Assembly: GCA_030693325.1 (NCBI GenBank)
Contig: JAUYAV010000019.1
Coordinates: 65,324-129,323, forward strand
DNA: 64,000 nt
Source: a bacterium
GTDB taxonomy: Bacteria > Patescibacteriota > Minisyncoccia > UBA6257 > MFKM01
Direction: 5' to 3'
Part shown: piece by piece, positions 18,136 through 28,381 of the stretch
Position numbering within the stretch: the stretch's first letter is position 1
Layout of the letters: each line of letters opens with the position of its first letter
The notes under the pieces: model-generated
What the model saw: only the letters and a program-made list of their open reading frames with translations
What the model was told of the DNA's origin: nothing
The model's database searches: none
Position numbers and translations under genes: made by a program

Positions 18136-18561
18136 TTACCACCCCGCCGGCTTACAGGCTTCATCAACCACCTCTTCCAGGCCTTTGTCGTTGCCGAATA
18201 TTTGGTCAAGAGTGTCCGTGTTCAAAGTCCCTTTAGGGAAATAACAGTCAAGATTCAGGGCATCGTTTAATTTTCTTTGGAAATGGCACTTTTCGTTTTC
18301 TATTCCCAGGATTGTTATCTCAATAGCCGTCGTGCCGTCAGTGCTTATCATTTTAGTGGTTACCGGCAGGCATCCGTTCATTCTGTTTATAAAACACCCC
18401 GGATCTGCCGCTTTGCCGCAATCAACCATTTTATTTTCGGTTGCGGGCGTTTGCGTTTTTTCGTCCGCGCCCTTATTCCCGGTTAAAAAGAATATACCCC
18501 CGCCGACAATGATTAAAACTAAAATAGCGATAATAATGTATAAACCTTTTTTGTTCGTCAT
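18136..18561 (-). CDS. Hypothetical membrane-anchored Cys-rich protein
   Basis: 141 aa, N-terminal TM, six Cys. Confidence 0.7.
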   Translation of the reverse strand: MTNKKGLYIIIAILVLIIVGGGIFFLTGNKGADEKTQTPATENKMVDCGKAADPGCFINRMNGCLPVTTKMISTDGTTAIEITILGIENEKCHFQRKLNDALNLDCYFPKGTLNTDTLDQIFGNDKGLEEVVDEACKPAGW

Positions 18562-18669
18562 ACTATTATTTTAACAGATTAAGGCAAAAATTATTACTAA
18601 AACAAGCAAAACTATGCCCCCAAATATAGTTTTAACTATACGAACTCTTTGATACTAAATATTTTTATG

Positions 18670-18758
18670 CGGAGGCGACAGGATTCGAACCTGTGAAGGG
18701 TTTTAAGGCCCTTAACACATTAGCAGTGTGTTGCTTTCAGCCGCTCAGCCACGCCTCC
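18670..18758 (-). tRNA. tRNA-Ser(GCT)
   Basis: Acceptor GGAGGCG/CGCCTCC, anticodon arm ACACA-CTGCTAA-TGTGT, long variable arm. Confidence 0.94.
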
Positions 18759-18849
18759 AGATTTTTAAGAATAAAGAATTATGAAGCAAGAATCAAGTAG
18801 TAAGCGGTTGTTTTTATAGGTTTTATATGCTAATTTTTAATACATAACA

Positions 18850-20322
18850 ATGATGGAAAACAACCAAAAAAATGAAAAACCTAGGCCGCCCATCGTAGTT
18901 GTGATGGGGCACGTTGACCACGGCAAAACCAGTTTGCTGGATTATATCCGCAAGACAAATGTCACGGCCAGAGAAGCCGGCGGCATCACCCAATCAGTCG
19001 GCGCTTACGAAATTGAGCATAACGCCAAAAAAATAACTTTTATTGACACGCCCGGTCACGAGGCCTTTTCCAAAATGCGCACCCGAGGCGCCCAGGCGGC
19101 GGATTTGGCAATTCTGGTGGTGGCTGGTGATGAAGGAGTGAAGCCCCAAACCAAAGAGGCTTTGAGCCAGATTCAGGCCGCCAAGCTTCCTTTCATAGTA
19201 GCCATTAATAAAATTGATAAGCCAGATATTAATTTGGAAAAAGTCAAAAACGAATTACTGACTGCCGGTATTCTGCTTGAAGGTTATGGCGGCGATGTTT
19301 CCTGGCAGGCGATTTCCGCCAAAACCGGCCAGGGCGTTCAGGAATTACTCGATTTAATTTTACTGGCCGCGGAAATGGAAAATTTAAAATACGACCCCCA
19401 GGTTCAGGCCAAAGGAATAATAGTGGAGGCCTTACGTGATAATCGTCGGGGCATAGTAGTCAGCGTTATTGTTGAAAATGGAACTTTGAAGTTGGGCGAA
19501 AATATCACCACGCCTACCGCCAGCGGCAAAATAAAATCTTTGAAAAATTTTTTGGGCGCGGATGTGAAATTTTTGGAGCCGAGCGCTCCGGCTTTGATTT
19601 TAGGCTTTGATTCTTTGCCGCAAATAGGGGAGGAATTTTTGACTGGAGAAATAAATTTCAATTTGATGGAAATGCCTTTGCCGGTGGCAAAAAAAGCGTT
19701 GGCGGCCAAAGGAGAAAATTCGGATAAAATCAAAGTTGTTTTAAAAGCGGATAACTCCGGCAGTTTGGAAGTGTTAAGCGATATCATTAAAGCCATTCCT
19801 TCAGCCAAGCCCGTTGTAATTTTAGGCCAAAGCGTGGGAAGGATTAATGAAGGAGATTTTAGACTGGCTGTCGGCAATCAAGCTTTGATTATCGGTTTTA
19901 AGACGAAATTAGATCCAACCGCCGATAGTTTGCAAAAACTTTCTCCGATAACAATCATCAGTTCGGATATTATTTACGAATTAGTGAAAAAATTTGAAGA
20001 TTATCTGGATTCTTTCAGAGAGCCGGATGCCGTCGGCGAATTGGAGGTGTTGGCCGTTTTTGGGAAATCGGAAAAAAACTCGTCTGCCGGCAAGCAAGGC
20101 AAACAAACAGTTGGCGGAAAAATTATCAAGGGTTTAATAAAAAATCAGCAGAAATTTGAAGTTTGGCGAAACGAACAAAGTTTCGTCAAAGGCCGGATTT
20201 TGAATCTTCAGGAACAGAGAAAAGACGTTGCTGAAGCGGGGACGGGCAAGGAAGTTGGTCTTATGGTGGAGGCCGGTGATATAATAAAAGTCGGCGACAA
20301 GCTGAAATTTTTCGTCCAATAA
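18850..20322 (+). CDS. infB: Translation initiation factor IF-2 (short form, no N-terminal domain)
   Basis: GHVDHGKT, EAGGITQ, DTPGHEAF, NKID. Confidence 0.96.
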   Translation: MMENNQKNEKPRPPIVVVMGHVDHGKTSLLDYIRKTNVTAREAGGITQSVGAYEIEHNAKKITFIDTPGHEAFSKMRTRGAQAADLAILVVAGDEGVKPQTKEALSQIQAAKLPFIVAINKIDKPDINLEKVKNELLTAGILLEGYGGDVSWQAISAKTGQGVQELLDLILLAAEMENLKYDPQVQAKGIIVEALRDNRRGIVVSVIVENGTLKLGENITTPTASGKIKSLKNFLGADVKFLEPSAPALILGFDSLPQIGEEFLTGEINFNLMEMPLPVAKKALAAKGENSDKIKVVLKADNSGSLEVLSDIIKAIPSAKPVVILGQSVGRINEGDFRLAVGNQALIIGFKTKLDPTADSLQKLSPITIISSDIIYELVKKFEDYLDSFREPDAVGELEVLAVFGKSEKNSSAGKQGKQTVGGKIIKGLIKNQQKFEVWRNEQSFVKGRILNLQEQRKDVAEAGTGKEVGLMVEAGDIIKVGDKLKFFVQ

Positions 20323-20328
20323 TATTTT

Positions 20329-20622
20329 ATGAGAACTTATCGCGATTTGCGGGTAGCTAATTTAATCCAGGAGGAGTTGGGAAAAATAATTTTGAGAGAA
20401 ATGGAATTTCCGGTTTCAACCCTGGTTACCATTACCAACGTGGAGGTTTTGAGGGATTTGAGTCAGGCGAAAATAAAACTGGGAGTCATTCCAGCAAGTG
20501 AAGCCCTGAAAGTTTTGGAAATTTTGAGCAGTTATCGGCCGCTACTTCAAGGAATGTTACTTAGAAAAATCAATATCAAACCGATGCCAAGGATTGAATT
20601 TTTGTTGGATAATAGCAATTAG
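20329..20622 (+). CDS. rbfA: Ribosome-binding factor A
   Basis: Follows infB; VTITNVEV..DL..AK and MPRIEF. Confidence 0.88.
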   Translation: MRTYRDLRVANLIQEELGKIILREMEFPVSTLVTITNVEVLRDLSQAKIKLGVIPASEALKVLEILSSYRPLLQGMLLRKINIKPMPRIEFLLDNSN

Positions 20623-20644
20623 TTTGAAATTAAAATATTATCAA

Positions 20645-20716
20645 GGCCTGGTTGCTAAGTGGTAAAGCAGAGGTCTGCAAAACCTCTATACGGGAGTTCG
20701 ATTCTCCCCCAGGCCT
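20645..20716 (+). tRNA. tRNA-Cys(GCA)
   Basis: Acceptor GGCCTGG/CCAGGCC, GAGGT-CTGCAAA-ACCTC, U73. Confidence 0.94.
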
Positions 20717-20730
20717 CAAAATTGAAAATT

Positions 20731-20812
20731 GCCCGGGTGGCGGAATGGTATACGCGCAACACTTAAAATGTTGTGGCCTCAGGTCATGCGGGTTCGACTC
20801 CCGCCCCGGGCA
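20731..20812 (+). tRNA. tRNA-Leu(TAA)
   Basis: Acceptor GCCCGGG/CCCGGGC, CAACA-CTTAAAA-TGTTG. Confidence 0.94.
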
Positions 20813-20820
20813 CAAATTTT

Positions 20821-21726
20821 ATGAACCAAAACCAGTTTTTAGAATCTTATTCAAAATTTCTTCAGAAATTTTTGAAGCTACAAAAGCCGCCCCGCTTAGC
20901 GGGGCAATGGTCGCGCTTAGCGCGACCGCTCAAGGTGGTTTTTGACTGCTCTAACGGAGTGGCGGGTTTGGTTTTAAAAAAAATAAAGAGTCCTCTAAAT
21001 TCAAAATTCATAATTTTAAATTCTGAGCCCGATGGCGATTTTCCAGCTCACGGGCCGAATCCGTCAAAACCCGGAGCCACAAAACAATTACAAGCCGCTG
21101 TTAAAAAACATAAAGCCGACTTGGGAATAATTTTTGACGCTGATGGCGATCGGATGCTTTGCGTTGATAACAAGAGCCGTTTTGTTGACCCCGAAGTTAG
21201 CGCCCGGCTTTTGATTTGGCATTTGAAACCCAAGAAAATAATTATTGATACGACAACCGGCTGGCTCGTCAAAAAACTAGCAACCTATAACCAAAAACTT
21301 ATAACTTCCAAAGTCGGCCAATATTTTATCAAGCAAAAAATGCGGGCCGAGAACGCCGATTTCGGCGCCGAGCGTTCCGGACATTATTACTTCAGGGAAT
21401 TTTTCGGTTTGGATTCCGGAATTTTGGCGGCGATTGAAGTCATTAATGCCGTTTCCGAATTACCTTACAAACTTTCAGATTTCGTTGATTTTTTGCCGCA
21501 ATATTATCGTTCCGAAATAGATATCAGCGTCAATCAGCGTAATCAGCGTCAATCAGCGTTATTGTTAAAAAAAATAGAACAAACTTATAAAAACCAAGCC
21601 CTTAAAATTTCCCGTCTTGACGGCTTGACTATGGAATTCGCCGATTGGTGGTTTAATCTTCGTTTTTCCCAAACCGAACCGTTGTTGAGATTGAATATTG
21701 AGGCCTTAGAAAAATCTAAAGTTTAA
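20821..21726 (+). CDS. Phosphomannomutase/phosphoglucomutase domains II-IV only
   Basis: DCSNG, DGDFP, DADGDR, AERSGH, RFSQTEP; no domain I; start placed at ATG 20821 after the tRNA. Confidence 0.85.
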   Translation: MNQNQFLESYSKFLQKFLKLQKPPRLAGQWSRLARPLKVVFDCSNGVAGLVLKKIKSPLNSKFIILNSEPDGDFPAHGPNPSKPGATKQLQAAVKKHKADLGIIFDADGDRMLCVDNKSRFVDPEVSARLLIWHLKPKKIIIDTTTGWLVKKLATYNQKLITSKVGQYFIKQKMRAENADFGAERSGHYYFREFFGLDSGILAAIEVINAVSELPYKLSDFVDFLPQYYRSEIDISVNQRNQRQSALLLKKIEQTYKNQALKISRLDGLTMEFADWWFNLRFSQTEPLLRLNIEALEKSKV

Positions 21727-21812
21727 AAGGAAATTTCTGAAAATAAGCCGGATTTTTACTTTGACAGAGGTCTTTTTTCGCTTATAATACAGGCAAATAT
21801 TTAACATGTTTT

Positions 21813-22358
21813 ATGGACCAGATTGTTTTTGATATTGAGACAAAAAATTCTTTTGCTGACGTTGGCGGCCAGGAAAATCTTAAAAAACTGGACGTTTCCG
21901 TAGTCGGCCTTTACTCATATAAAGATGACGCTTATTCCTGTTTTGACGAAACCGAATTGGAAAAAGTGAAAGAAGTTTTCAAACGGAGCGATTTGCTTAT
22001 CGGTTTTGCCGTCAAACGTTTTGATTTGCCGGTTTTGGAAAAATATTTTTTTCCGAAAGGCGACTTTGATTTTTATAATATTTCCTGTTTTGATATTTTG
22101 GAAAAAATAGAGGCATCGCTGGGCCATCGGGTTAAGCTTGATGACTTGGCCAAAGCCAATTTAGGAATAGGCAAGACCGCCGTTGGTTTGGAAGCGATTG
22201 AATTTTACCGGAACGGAGAGATAGAAAAATTAAAGCAATATTGTCTTAATGACGTTAAAATAACCAAGGAACTTTACGAAATGTTGAAAAACCAGGGGCA
22301 TCTTTGGATCCCCCAAAGATTTCCAGGAAAAATGGTAAAATGGGAATATCAGATTTAA
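21813..22358 (+). CDS. RNase H-like DEDD 3'-5' exonuclease-family protein (YprB-like)
   Basis: FDIET, FDLPVL, YCLNDV. Confidence 0.8.
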   Translation: MDQIVFDIETKNSFADVGGQENLKKLDVSVVGLYSYKDDAYSCFDETELEKVKEVFKRSDLLIGFAVKRFDLPVLEKYFFPKGDFDFYNISCFDILEKIEASLGHRVKLDDLAKANLGIGKTAVGLEAIEFYRNGEIEKLKQYCLNDVKITKELYEMLKNQGHLWIPQRFPGKMVKWEYQI

Positions 22359-22391
22359 TTTTAAAATTGAAAATTTTAATTCAGTCAAATT

Positions 22392-25004
22392 ATGAATAAT
22401 TTCAATCGTTTCACCATAAAAGCCCAGGAGGCCTTACAAAACGCCCAGGATTTAGCCGGCCGTTTTAATCATGGGGAACTTAAAGCTCTTCATCTTTTGT
22501 CCAGTTTGATAAGCGAAGAACAGAGTTTAGTGAGGCCGATGATGGTCCGGGCTAATGTCAACTTGGCGGCTTTGGAAAAAAGCTTGGAAGAAAAACTGGC
22601 CCGTCTGCCAAAAATTTTTAGCGGCTCCAATGTCGGTCAGCTTTATCTTTCCCAGGAATCAATGCGGATTTTGGACCGCGCCGGCGAAATCGCCCGCCAG
22701 CAAAAAGATGAATTTATTTCCTGCGAGCATTTGCTTTTAGCGGTTTTAGATGTTCCCTCGGCGGCTCAATCACTATTGAGCGAATTTGGCGTTCACCGGG
22801 AAATGCTTTTGAGAGTTTTAGCCCAACTGCGCGGTTCGGTCAGAATTACCGACGAAACGCCGGAAACCAAATTTCAGGTTTTGGAAAAATATGCCGTCAA
22901 TTTAACCGAGCAAGCCCGGCAGGGGAAGCTGGATCCGGTTATCGGCCGCGAAGAAGAATTGAGGCGGTTAATCCAGGTTCTATCCCGCCGCAAAAAAAAC
23001 AATCCGGTGCTCATCGGCGAGTCCGGCGTGGGGAAAACCGCCGTCATTGAAGGTTTAGCTCAGAGGATTATCAAAGGCGAAGTCCCCGAAGGTTTGAAAA
23101 ACAGGGAAATTATTATGTTGGATTTAGGGTCTCTAATCGCCGGCACCAAGTTTCGCGGCGAATTTGAAGATCGGCTCAAGGCGTTTATTCAGGAAATCAA
23201 AAATGCCAGCGGCCGCTATATTCTTTTTATAGATGAGATTCATATGATTGTCGGCGCCGGCGCAGCCGAAGGCGCGGTTGACGCTTCCAATCTTTTGAAA
23301 CCCTCTTTGGCCCGGGGCGAACTTCACGCCATTGGCGCGACTACTATCAAGGAATATCAAAAATATATTGAACGGGACGCGGCTTTGGAACGCCGTTTCC
23401 AGCCGGTGATGGTTGAAGAACCGAGCTTGGAAGACAGCATCGCCATTCTCCGCGGGATTAAAGAAAAATATGAAATTCATCACGGAATTGAAATCAGCGA
23501 TGAAGCTATTATTTCCGCCGTTAATCTTTCGGCCCGTTATATCACTGACAGATTTTTGCCGGATAAAGCTATTGATTTGATTGACGAAGCGGCGGCGGCC
23601 CGTCATTTGGAAACAGACAGCTTGCCGGCGGAAATTGACCTTTTGCGCCACGGCATCACCCGTTTGGAAATTGAGCAGAAATCCGCCAAACCGGCGCGCC
23701 AAAAAATTATTGTCAAAGAATTGAAAAAACTCAAAGCGGAAAATGACGATCTTTCCGGCCGCTGGCACGCGGAAAAAATTAATCTGGAAAATTTTCATAA
23801 TCTTCGGCGCAAAATTGACGAATTGGAAAATTCGGCGGCGTTAGCCGAGAGAGAAGGCAACTTGGAAAGAGTGGCTCAGATTCGTTACGGAGAGTTGCCG
23901 GCCGCTAAGCAGGAATATCAAATTTTTGAGAAAAAATATTTTTCCAAAAAACATCAGGAAAAATTCATTAAAGAATACATTGATGCCGAAGACGTGGCGG
24001 CGGTGGTTTCGCGCTGGACAGGCATCCCCATTAACCGGATGCTGGAATCGGAAATGACCAAACTTTCCAGGATTGAAGAAGTGCTTTCCGAAAGAGTGGT
24101 CGGCCAGTCGGTCGCCATAGAAGCCGTGAGCCGGGCTTTGCGCCGCGCTCGAGCCGGCTTGTCTGATGAATTCAAGCCCCTGGGTTCTTTTATGTTTCTT
24201 GGGCCGACCGGTGTCGGGAAAACCGAACTGGCTAAAACTTTGTCTGAATTTATGTTTAACGACGAGAAGGCCCTGGTTCGGATTGATATGTCCGAATATA
24301 TGGAACGGCATTCGGTCAGCCGGCTGATTGGTTCGCCGCCGGGTTATGTCGGCTATGAAGAAGGAGGCCAATTGACTGAAACCGTCCGCCACCGGCCTTA
24401 CAGCCTGATTCTTTTTGACGAAATTGAGAAAGCCAATCCGGAGGTCTTCAATATTTTGCTTCAGATTTTGGATAACGGCCGCTTAACTGACGGCAAGGGA
24501 AAAATCGTCAACTTCAAGAATTGTATTATCATTTTGACTTCCAATGTTGGCAGTGAATTTTTCCGCCAGATGTCCTATTTGGGATTCAGTTCGGGCGGAG
24601 AAAACGAAACTAATTTAGAATCCCAGGAAGAAAATTTCCGGGATAAAGTCAAAGAATCATTGCGGCAAACTTTCAAACCCGAATTTCTCAACCGCCTGGA
24701 CGAGGTTATTATTTTCAATTCGCTTCGCCAGAAAGATATTGCTAAAATTGTTGATATTCAGCTGGAACAAGTCAAAGAAAAATTAGCCGAACGCCGGATT
24801 AAACTGACCGTTGACCCTTCTCTTAAAAAATATCTGATTGACAATGGCTTTGATCCGGAATACGGCGCTCGGCCGATTAAGCGCTTGATTCAAAAAATTA
24901 TTCTTGATAATCTGGCCGATAAAATTATTAAAGGTGATGTTAAAAATGGTCAAAAAATTAAACTCTCTTTTCGCCAGCAAGCTGTGGAAGTCAGTACTTC
25001 TTAA
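22392..25004 (+). CDS. clpB: ATP-dependent chaperone ClpB
   Basis: Clp N-domain, two AAA modules ([16 protein letters not shown]), middle coiled coil with AQIRYG. Confidence 0.92.
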   Translation: MNNFNRFTIKAQEALQNAQDLAGRFNHGELKALHLLSSLISEEQSLVRPMMVRANVNLAALEKSLEEKLARLPKIFSGSNVGQLYLSQESMRILDRAGEIARQQKDEFISCEHLLLAVLDVPSAAQSLLSEFGVHREMLLRVLAQLRGSVRITDETPETKFQVLEKYAVNLTEQARQGKLDPVIGREEELRRLIQVLSRRKKNNPVLIGESGVGKTAVIEGLAQRIIKGEVPEGLKNREIIMLDLGSLIAGTKFRGEFEDRLKAFIQEIKNASGRYILFIDEIHMIVGAGAAEGAVDASNLLKPSLARGELHAIGATTIKEYQKYIERDAALERRFQPVMVEEPSLEDSIAILRGIKEKYEIHHGIEISDEAIISAVNLSARYITDRFLPDKAIDLIDEAAAARHLETDSLPAEIDLLRHGITRLEIEQKSAKPARQKIIVKELKKLKAENDDLSGRWHAEKINLENFHNLRRKIDELENSAALAEREGNLERVAQIRYGELPAAKQEYQIFEKKYFSKKHQEKFIKEYIDAEDVAAVVSRWTGIPINRMLESEMTKLSRIEEVLSERVVGQSVAIEAVSRALRRARAGLSDEFKPLGSFMFLGPTGVGKTELAKTLSEFMFNDEKALVRIDMSEYMERHSVSRLIGSPPGYVGYEEGGQLTETVRHRPYSLILFDEIEKANPEVFNILLQILDNGRLTDGKGKIVNFKNCIIILTSNVGSEFFRQMSYLGFSSGGENETNLESQEENFRDKVKESLRQTFKPEFLNRLDEVIIFNSLRQKDIAKIVDIQLEQVKEKLAERRIKLTVDPSLKKYLIDNGFDPEYGARPIKRLIQKIILDNLADKIIKGDVKNGQKIKLSFRQQAVEVSTS

Positions 25005-25710
25005 GAGTTCCCTTATCGGGTTCGGCTTGTTTGGAATCTATTTTTTTAATTTTTCCTTCTCGGCTTTTTTATTTTTTTCTTTTTTGATGGCCGGAATTTA
25101 TTTCTCACAGCTGCCGGAAAGGGGCCAGTTCAGAATCTCTTTTTTGGTTTTGACTTTGACGGCGCTATTGGCCTTTTATTTTTTTGCCGATAGTTTTTAT
25201 TTGGCGTTTTTCGGCTGTCTGATTTTCAGTTTTTTGTTTTATTTGCTTTTGGGGCTTACGGATTTTATTTTTGAGAATCGCCGGGCAGTCTATCTTTTTT
25301 TTAATACCTGTCTTTTTCTGGCCGTTTTTTCGCTTTTTTTCGGCGCCGACAAATCAAAACATTTTTTACTTATTAACGCCTTGCTCTTTTCGGCGATTTT
25401 TCTGCTCTTTAAAGAATGTTTCGGGTTTTTGCGGTCAGCCAGTCATCGCTTGCCTTTTATTGTTCATAATCCGCGATTCATTTCCCTGGTTTTCTCTTTT
25501 TTGGGACTGGAATTGTTTTGGGCTATCAACCTTTTGCCTATCGGGTTCATTAATTCAGCTATCCTTTTAACGCTTTTTGTTTTTTTAATGCGCGATTTTG
25601 TCCTGATTTATTTTTCCGGACGCCTCAACCGGCGATTTTTTGCCAATCACTTTTTAATTTTTATTATTTTGGTTATTTTTATTTTTGCTAATTCAAAGTG
25701 GAGCATATAA
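24904..25710 (+). CDS. Polytopic membrane protein (start uncertain)
   Basis: Many hydrophobic helices; overlaps the clpB 3' end. Confidence 0.7.
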   Translation: MIIWPIKLLKVMLKMVKKLNSLFASKLWKSVLLKSSLIGFGLFGIYFFNFSFSAFLFFSFLMAGIYFSQLPERGQFRISFLVLTLTALLAFYFFADSFYLAFFGCLIFSFLFYLLLGLTDFIFENRRAVYLFFNTCLFLAVFSLFFGADKSKHFLLINALLFSAIFLLFKECFGFLRSASHRLPFIVHNPRFISLVFSFLGLELFWAINLLPIGFINSAILLTLFVFLMRDFVLIYFSGRLNRRFFANHFLIFIILVIFIFANSKWSI

Positions 25711-25759
25711 GTTAAATTTTAAATTGAGAATTTAAAATTGTTAATGTATAATATAAGTA

Positions 25760-27124
25760 ATGCCTAAGAATTTTTTTCAGCCCAAAAAACATACGCAATC
25801 AGTTTCCGATATTATTCCGACTCCAAGGCCGAAAAATGAAGCGAGACCGAAAGAGAGAGAAGTAAATAATGAAATTGAAGTTGAGCAGGAGATTATTACG
25901 GTAGCCAGGGATTCTTATCAGTATCAGGAAATTCCGGACCAGGGAAACCTCCCGACAAAAAGCAAGCTTCCCAGATGGCCATTTGCTTTGATTTTATCAA
26001 CCGCCATTTTAGCAGGCTTGTTTTATCTTGGTTGGAAAGTTTTGCCGCGATTGGAAATCAAGGTTTCTGTCAGAAAATATCCGGCGGCTTTTAACGAAGC
26101 CATTGATGCCAGCAAAAATTTTACTTCCAGTCAAACTAACGCAAGTTCAACTCCGATTAAACTGCCGGCCGAATTATTTTCCGCCAGCAGCACTTTGCCG
26201 ATGTTTTTTCCGGCCTCTGGTAAAGAGCAAGTCTCAAACAAAGCTCAAGGCAAAATCACTATTTATAACAGTTATAGTTCTGACCCCCAAAATTTAGTGA
26301 TCAACACCCGTTTTCTAACGCCGGATAATAAAATTTTTCATTTGAGTAAAGCTGTTACCGTTCCGGGCGCCAAAATTCAGGAGGGGAAAATTATTCCTTC
26401 TTCCATTGAAACCAATGTTGTCGCGGACCAAGCCGGGAAAGACTATAATATTGAGCCGGTGGTTAAATTCACCATCCCCGGGTTTAAAGGTTCTCCAAAA
26501 TATGAGGGCTTTTACGCCAGTTCAGTCCAGCCGATGACCGGCGGTTATGTCGGCGAGATTGCGGTTCCGACAGACAAAGACATCAGCGATGCGAAAGCTA
26601 AAATCAGACAGACCCTGGAGTATAGTTTAAAAATAAATATTTTTTCTCAAATTCCCAAAGATTTCAAAATTATTGACGGTTCTTCGGATTTTGAAATTTT
26701 AAAGGAAACCATTGGAAAGGTGGATATAAACAATAACAATAATTTCAGCATTGTTCTCCAGGCCCAGATGAAGGTAATCACTTTTAAGGAAAAAGATTTG
26801 AAAGATATTTTAACTATAAAATCTTTATCCAAATTAGCCGCCGGGGATTACGAAGTGGCGGACTTTAATATTGAATACGGGGTTCCGCGTTCGGATTTTA
26901 ATAAAGGAGAAATGTCTTTTCCCGTCAAAGGCCAGATAATATTTAAGAGAAAAATTGACATTAATAATCTTCGCCAGCAGATTTTGGGCAAAAATGATCT
27001 CGCCCTTAAAACCTTATTCCTCAATTTGCCCGATATAATTGAGAAAGCCGAGTTTTCTTTCTGGCCCAGATACGTCAAAACAGCGCCTAATAAAATTAAT
27101 AAGACAAAAATTATTCTTCAATAA
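25760..27124 (+). CDS. Membrane-anchored hypothetical protein, baseplate-J-like region
   Basis: TM helix then AQGKITIYN, ADQAGKDYNI, MTGG. Confidence 0.65.
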   Translation: MPKNFFQPKKHTQSVSDIIPTPRPKNEARPKEREVNNEIEVEQEIITVARDSYQYQEIPDQGNLPTKSKLPRWPFALILSTAILAGLFYLGWKVLPRLEIKVSVRKYPAAFNEAIDASKNFTSSQTNASSTPIKLPAELFSASSTLPMFFPASGKEQVSNKAQGKITIYNSYSSDPQNLVINTRFLTPDNKIFHLSKAVTVPGAKIQEGKIIPSSIETNVVADQAGKDYNIEPVVKFTIPGFKGSPKYEGFYASSVQPMTGGYVGEIAVPTDKDISDAKAKIRQTLEYSLKINIFSQIPKDFKIIDGSSDFEILKETIGKVDINNNNNFSIVLQAQMKVITFKEKDLKDILTIKSLSKLAAGDYEVADFNIEYGVPRSDFNKGEMSFPVKGQIIFKRKIDINNLRQQILGKNDLALKTLFLNLPDIIEKAEFSFWPRYVKTAPNKINKTKIILQ

Positions 27125-28356
27125 TTCTGGTTAAGAATGACTTTTAGAAATTGATTGTCTTTAAGAAAATAAAGATTATTTTCTTTATCAAAAGCGAAGC
27201 TTTCAATATTTTCCCCTAAAACCCACCAGTTGGCCGGCGGTCGGCTATCTACTTCGGCGGCTATTATTTTGTCGGAATAATTTATAATCAAGTGGCCAAG
27301 AATTTTAGGCAGCCAATCAAAATCAAGCGGCTTGCTGTTTATTGAAAGATTGAGTTTGAATTTTTCGCCTGCGGTTATTTTGAAATCCTGATGATAATCT
27401 TCCAAAAAAATAATTTCTATTTCTCCATCCCTGGTGAGCGCGGCTATTTTTTTGCTGTCGGGCGAAAATTTAAAATCCTTAATTCCCTCTTCTTTATCAG
27501 CATCAATAATCTGTTTTAATTCTTTTTGTGTTCGGTTGTAAACAAACAAATTTCCTTTATTGTCCAGAAGGGCGATCCGGATGTTTGATTTTGAGAAAGC
27601 GATTTTTTCCGTTTCATTCAGGAGTTTGAAGGGGATTTTTTCGGTGATTTTACGGGAATCCAGATTATAAATTTGGAGATTATCTTGCCAGTCAAAAAAG
27701 GCGATTTCGGAATTACTGATGACCAGAGCTTTCACGGGATTAAGAGTTAAAATTTCCAAAGAAAAATTTTGGCGGTCTAAAATATAGACGGCTTTTTGAG
27801 TAGTAATGATGGATTTTGAAGTATTAAAAGGATAGGAAATTATTTGAGTTACCGGAACTTCGCCGGGCATTTTCAGCTGTTTTTGTTTCAAAGAATTGAA
27901 TATTTTTTTAATTTCCTCTTTTTTATTTTCGGTAAGCCAGAATTTTTCCGCTTCTGGCCGGCTGACTGTTTCAGTGGGAATTTTTTTTGGAAAAAGAAAA
28001 ATTTTGCTGGCGCCGGAAATAAGTCCGGCTTCAACCGTTAAGCTTTTTTTCCAGGAGCCGAAATTTTCTTTCAAAATTTCAATCTGATAATTGCCCGGTA
28101 AAAGTCCTTTGATTAATTCACTGCCGCCGTTGCCGAACATATCGCGTTTCGGGCTGTAGGATTTGCCGTTGATTTTTATCTGGGCGTCAGCCGGCCAGAT
28201 TTTTAAAAAAACGGCGCCGGTTTTTTTAAAAGTAAAAAAATCGTTGGCAGTCGGATTGAGCGACCAGCCGAAAGAATAAAAAAGAAACCCGCCGGCGGCC
28301 AGAAAAAACCCCAGAACCAGGCAATAAAGAATCAATTTCCTTGTTTTTTTAGTCAT
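27118..28356 (-). CDS. PEGA-domain membrane-anchored protein with beta-propeller-like C-terminus
   Basis: PADAQIKING, LLPGNYQIEILK, FSPDSKKIA. Confidence 0.75.
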   Translation of the reverse strand: MTKKTRKLILYCLVLGFFLAAGGFLFYSFGWSLNPTANDFFTFKKTGAVFLKIWPADAQIKINGKSYSPKRDMFGNGGSELIKGLLPGNYQIEILKENFGSWKKSLTVEAGLISGASKIFLFPKKIPTETVSRPEAEKFWLTENKKEEIKKIFNSLKQKQLKMPGEVPVTQIISYPFNTSKSIITTQKAVYILDRQNFSLEILTLNPVKALVISNSEIAFFDWQDNLQIYNLDSRKITEKIPFKLLNETEKIAFSKSNIRIALLDNKGNLFVYNRTQKELKQIIDADKEEGIKDFKFSPDSKKIAALTRDGEIEIIFLEDYHQDFKITAGEKFKLNLSINSKPLDFDWLPKILGHLIINYSDKIIAAEVDSRPPANWWVLGENIESFAFDKENNLYFLKDNQFLKVILNQNY

Positions 28357-28381
28357 AAGTTCTTATTATTATACTATAAAA

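Noticed and set aside
12925-18758. Integrative island between tRNA-Ile and tRNA-Ser driven by the tyrosine recombinase
   Set aside because: No duplicated tRNA 3' end found; the recombinase looks like a housekeeping Xer and the region contains xseAB.
20630-20945. ORFs 20630-20815 and 20652-20945, and the 20773 start of the PMM gene
   Set aside because: They overlap tRNA-Cys and tRNA-Leu; shadow ORFs.
23133-24392. Long antisense ORFs within clpB, and similar ones in gyrA, ftsH and ileS
   Set aside because: Typical shadow frames opposite well-conserved genes.
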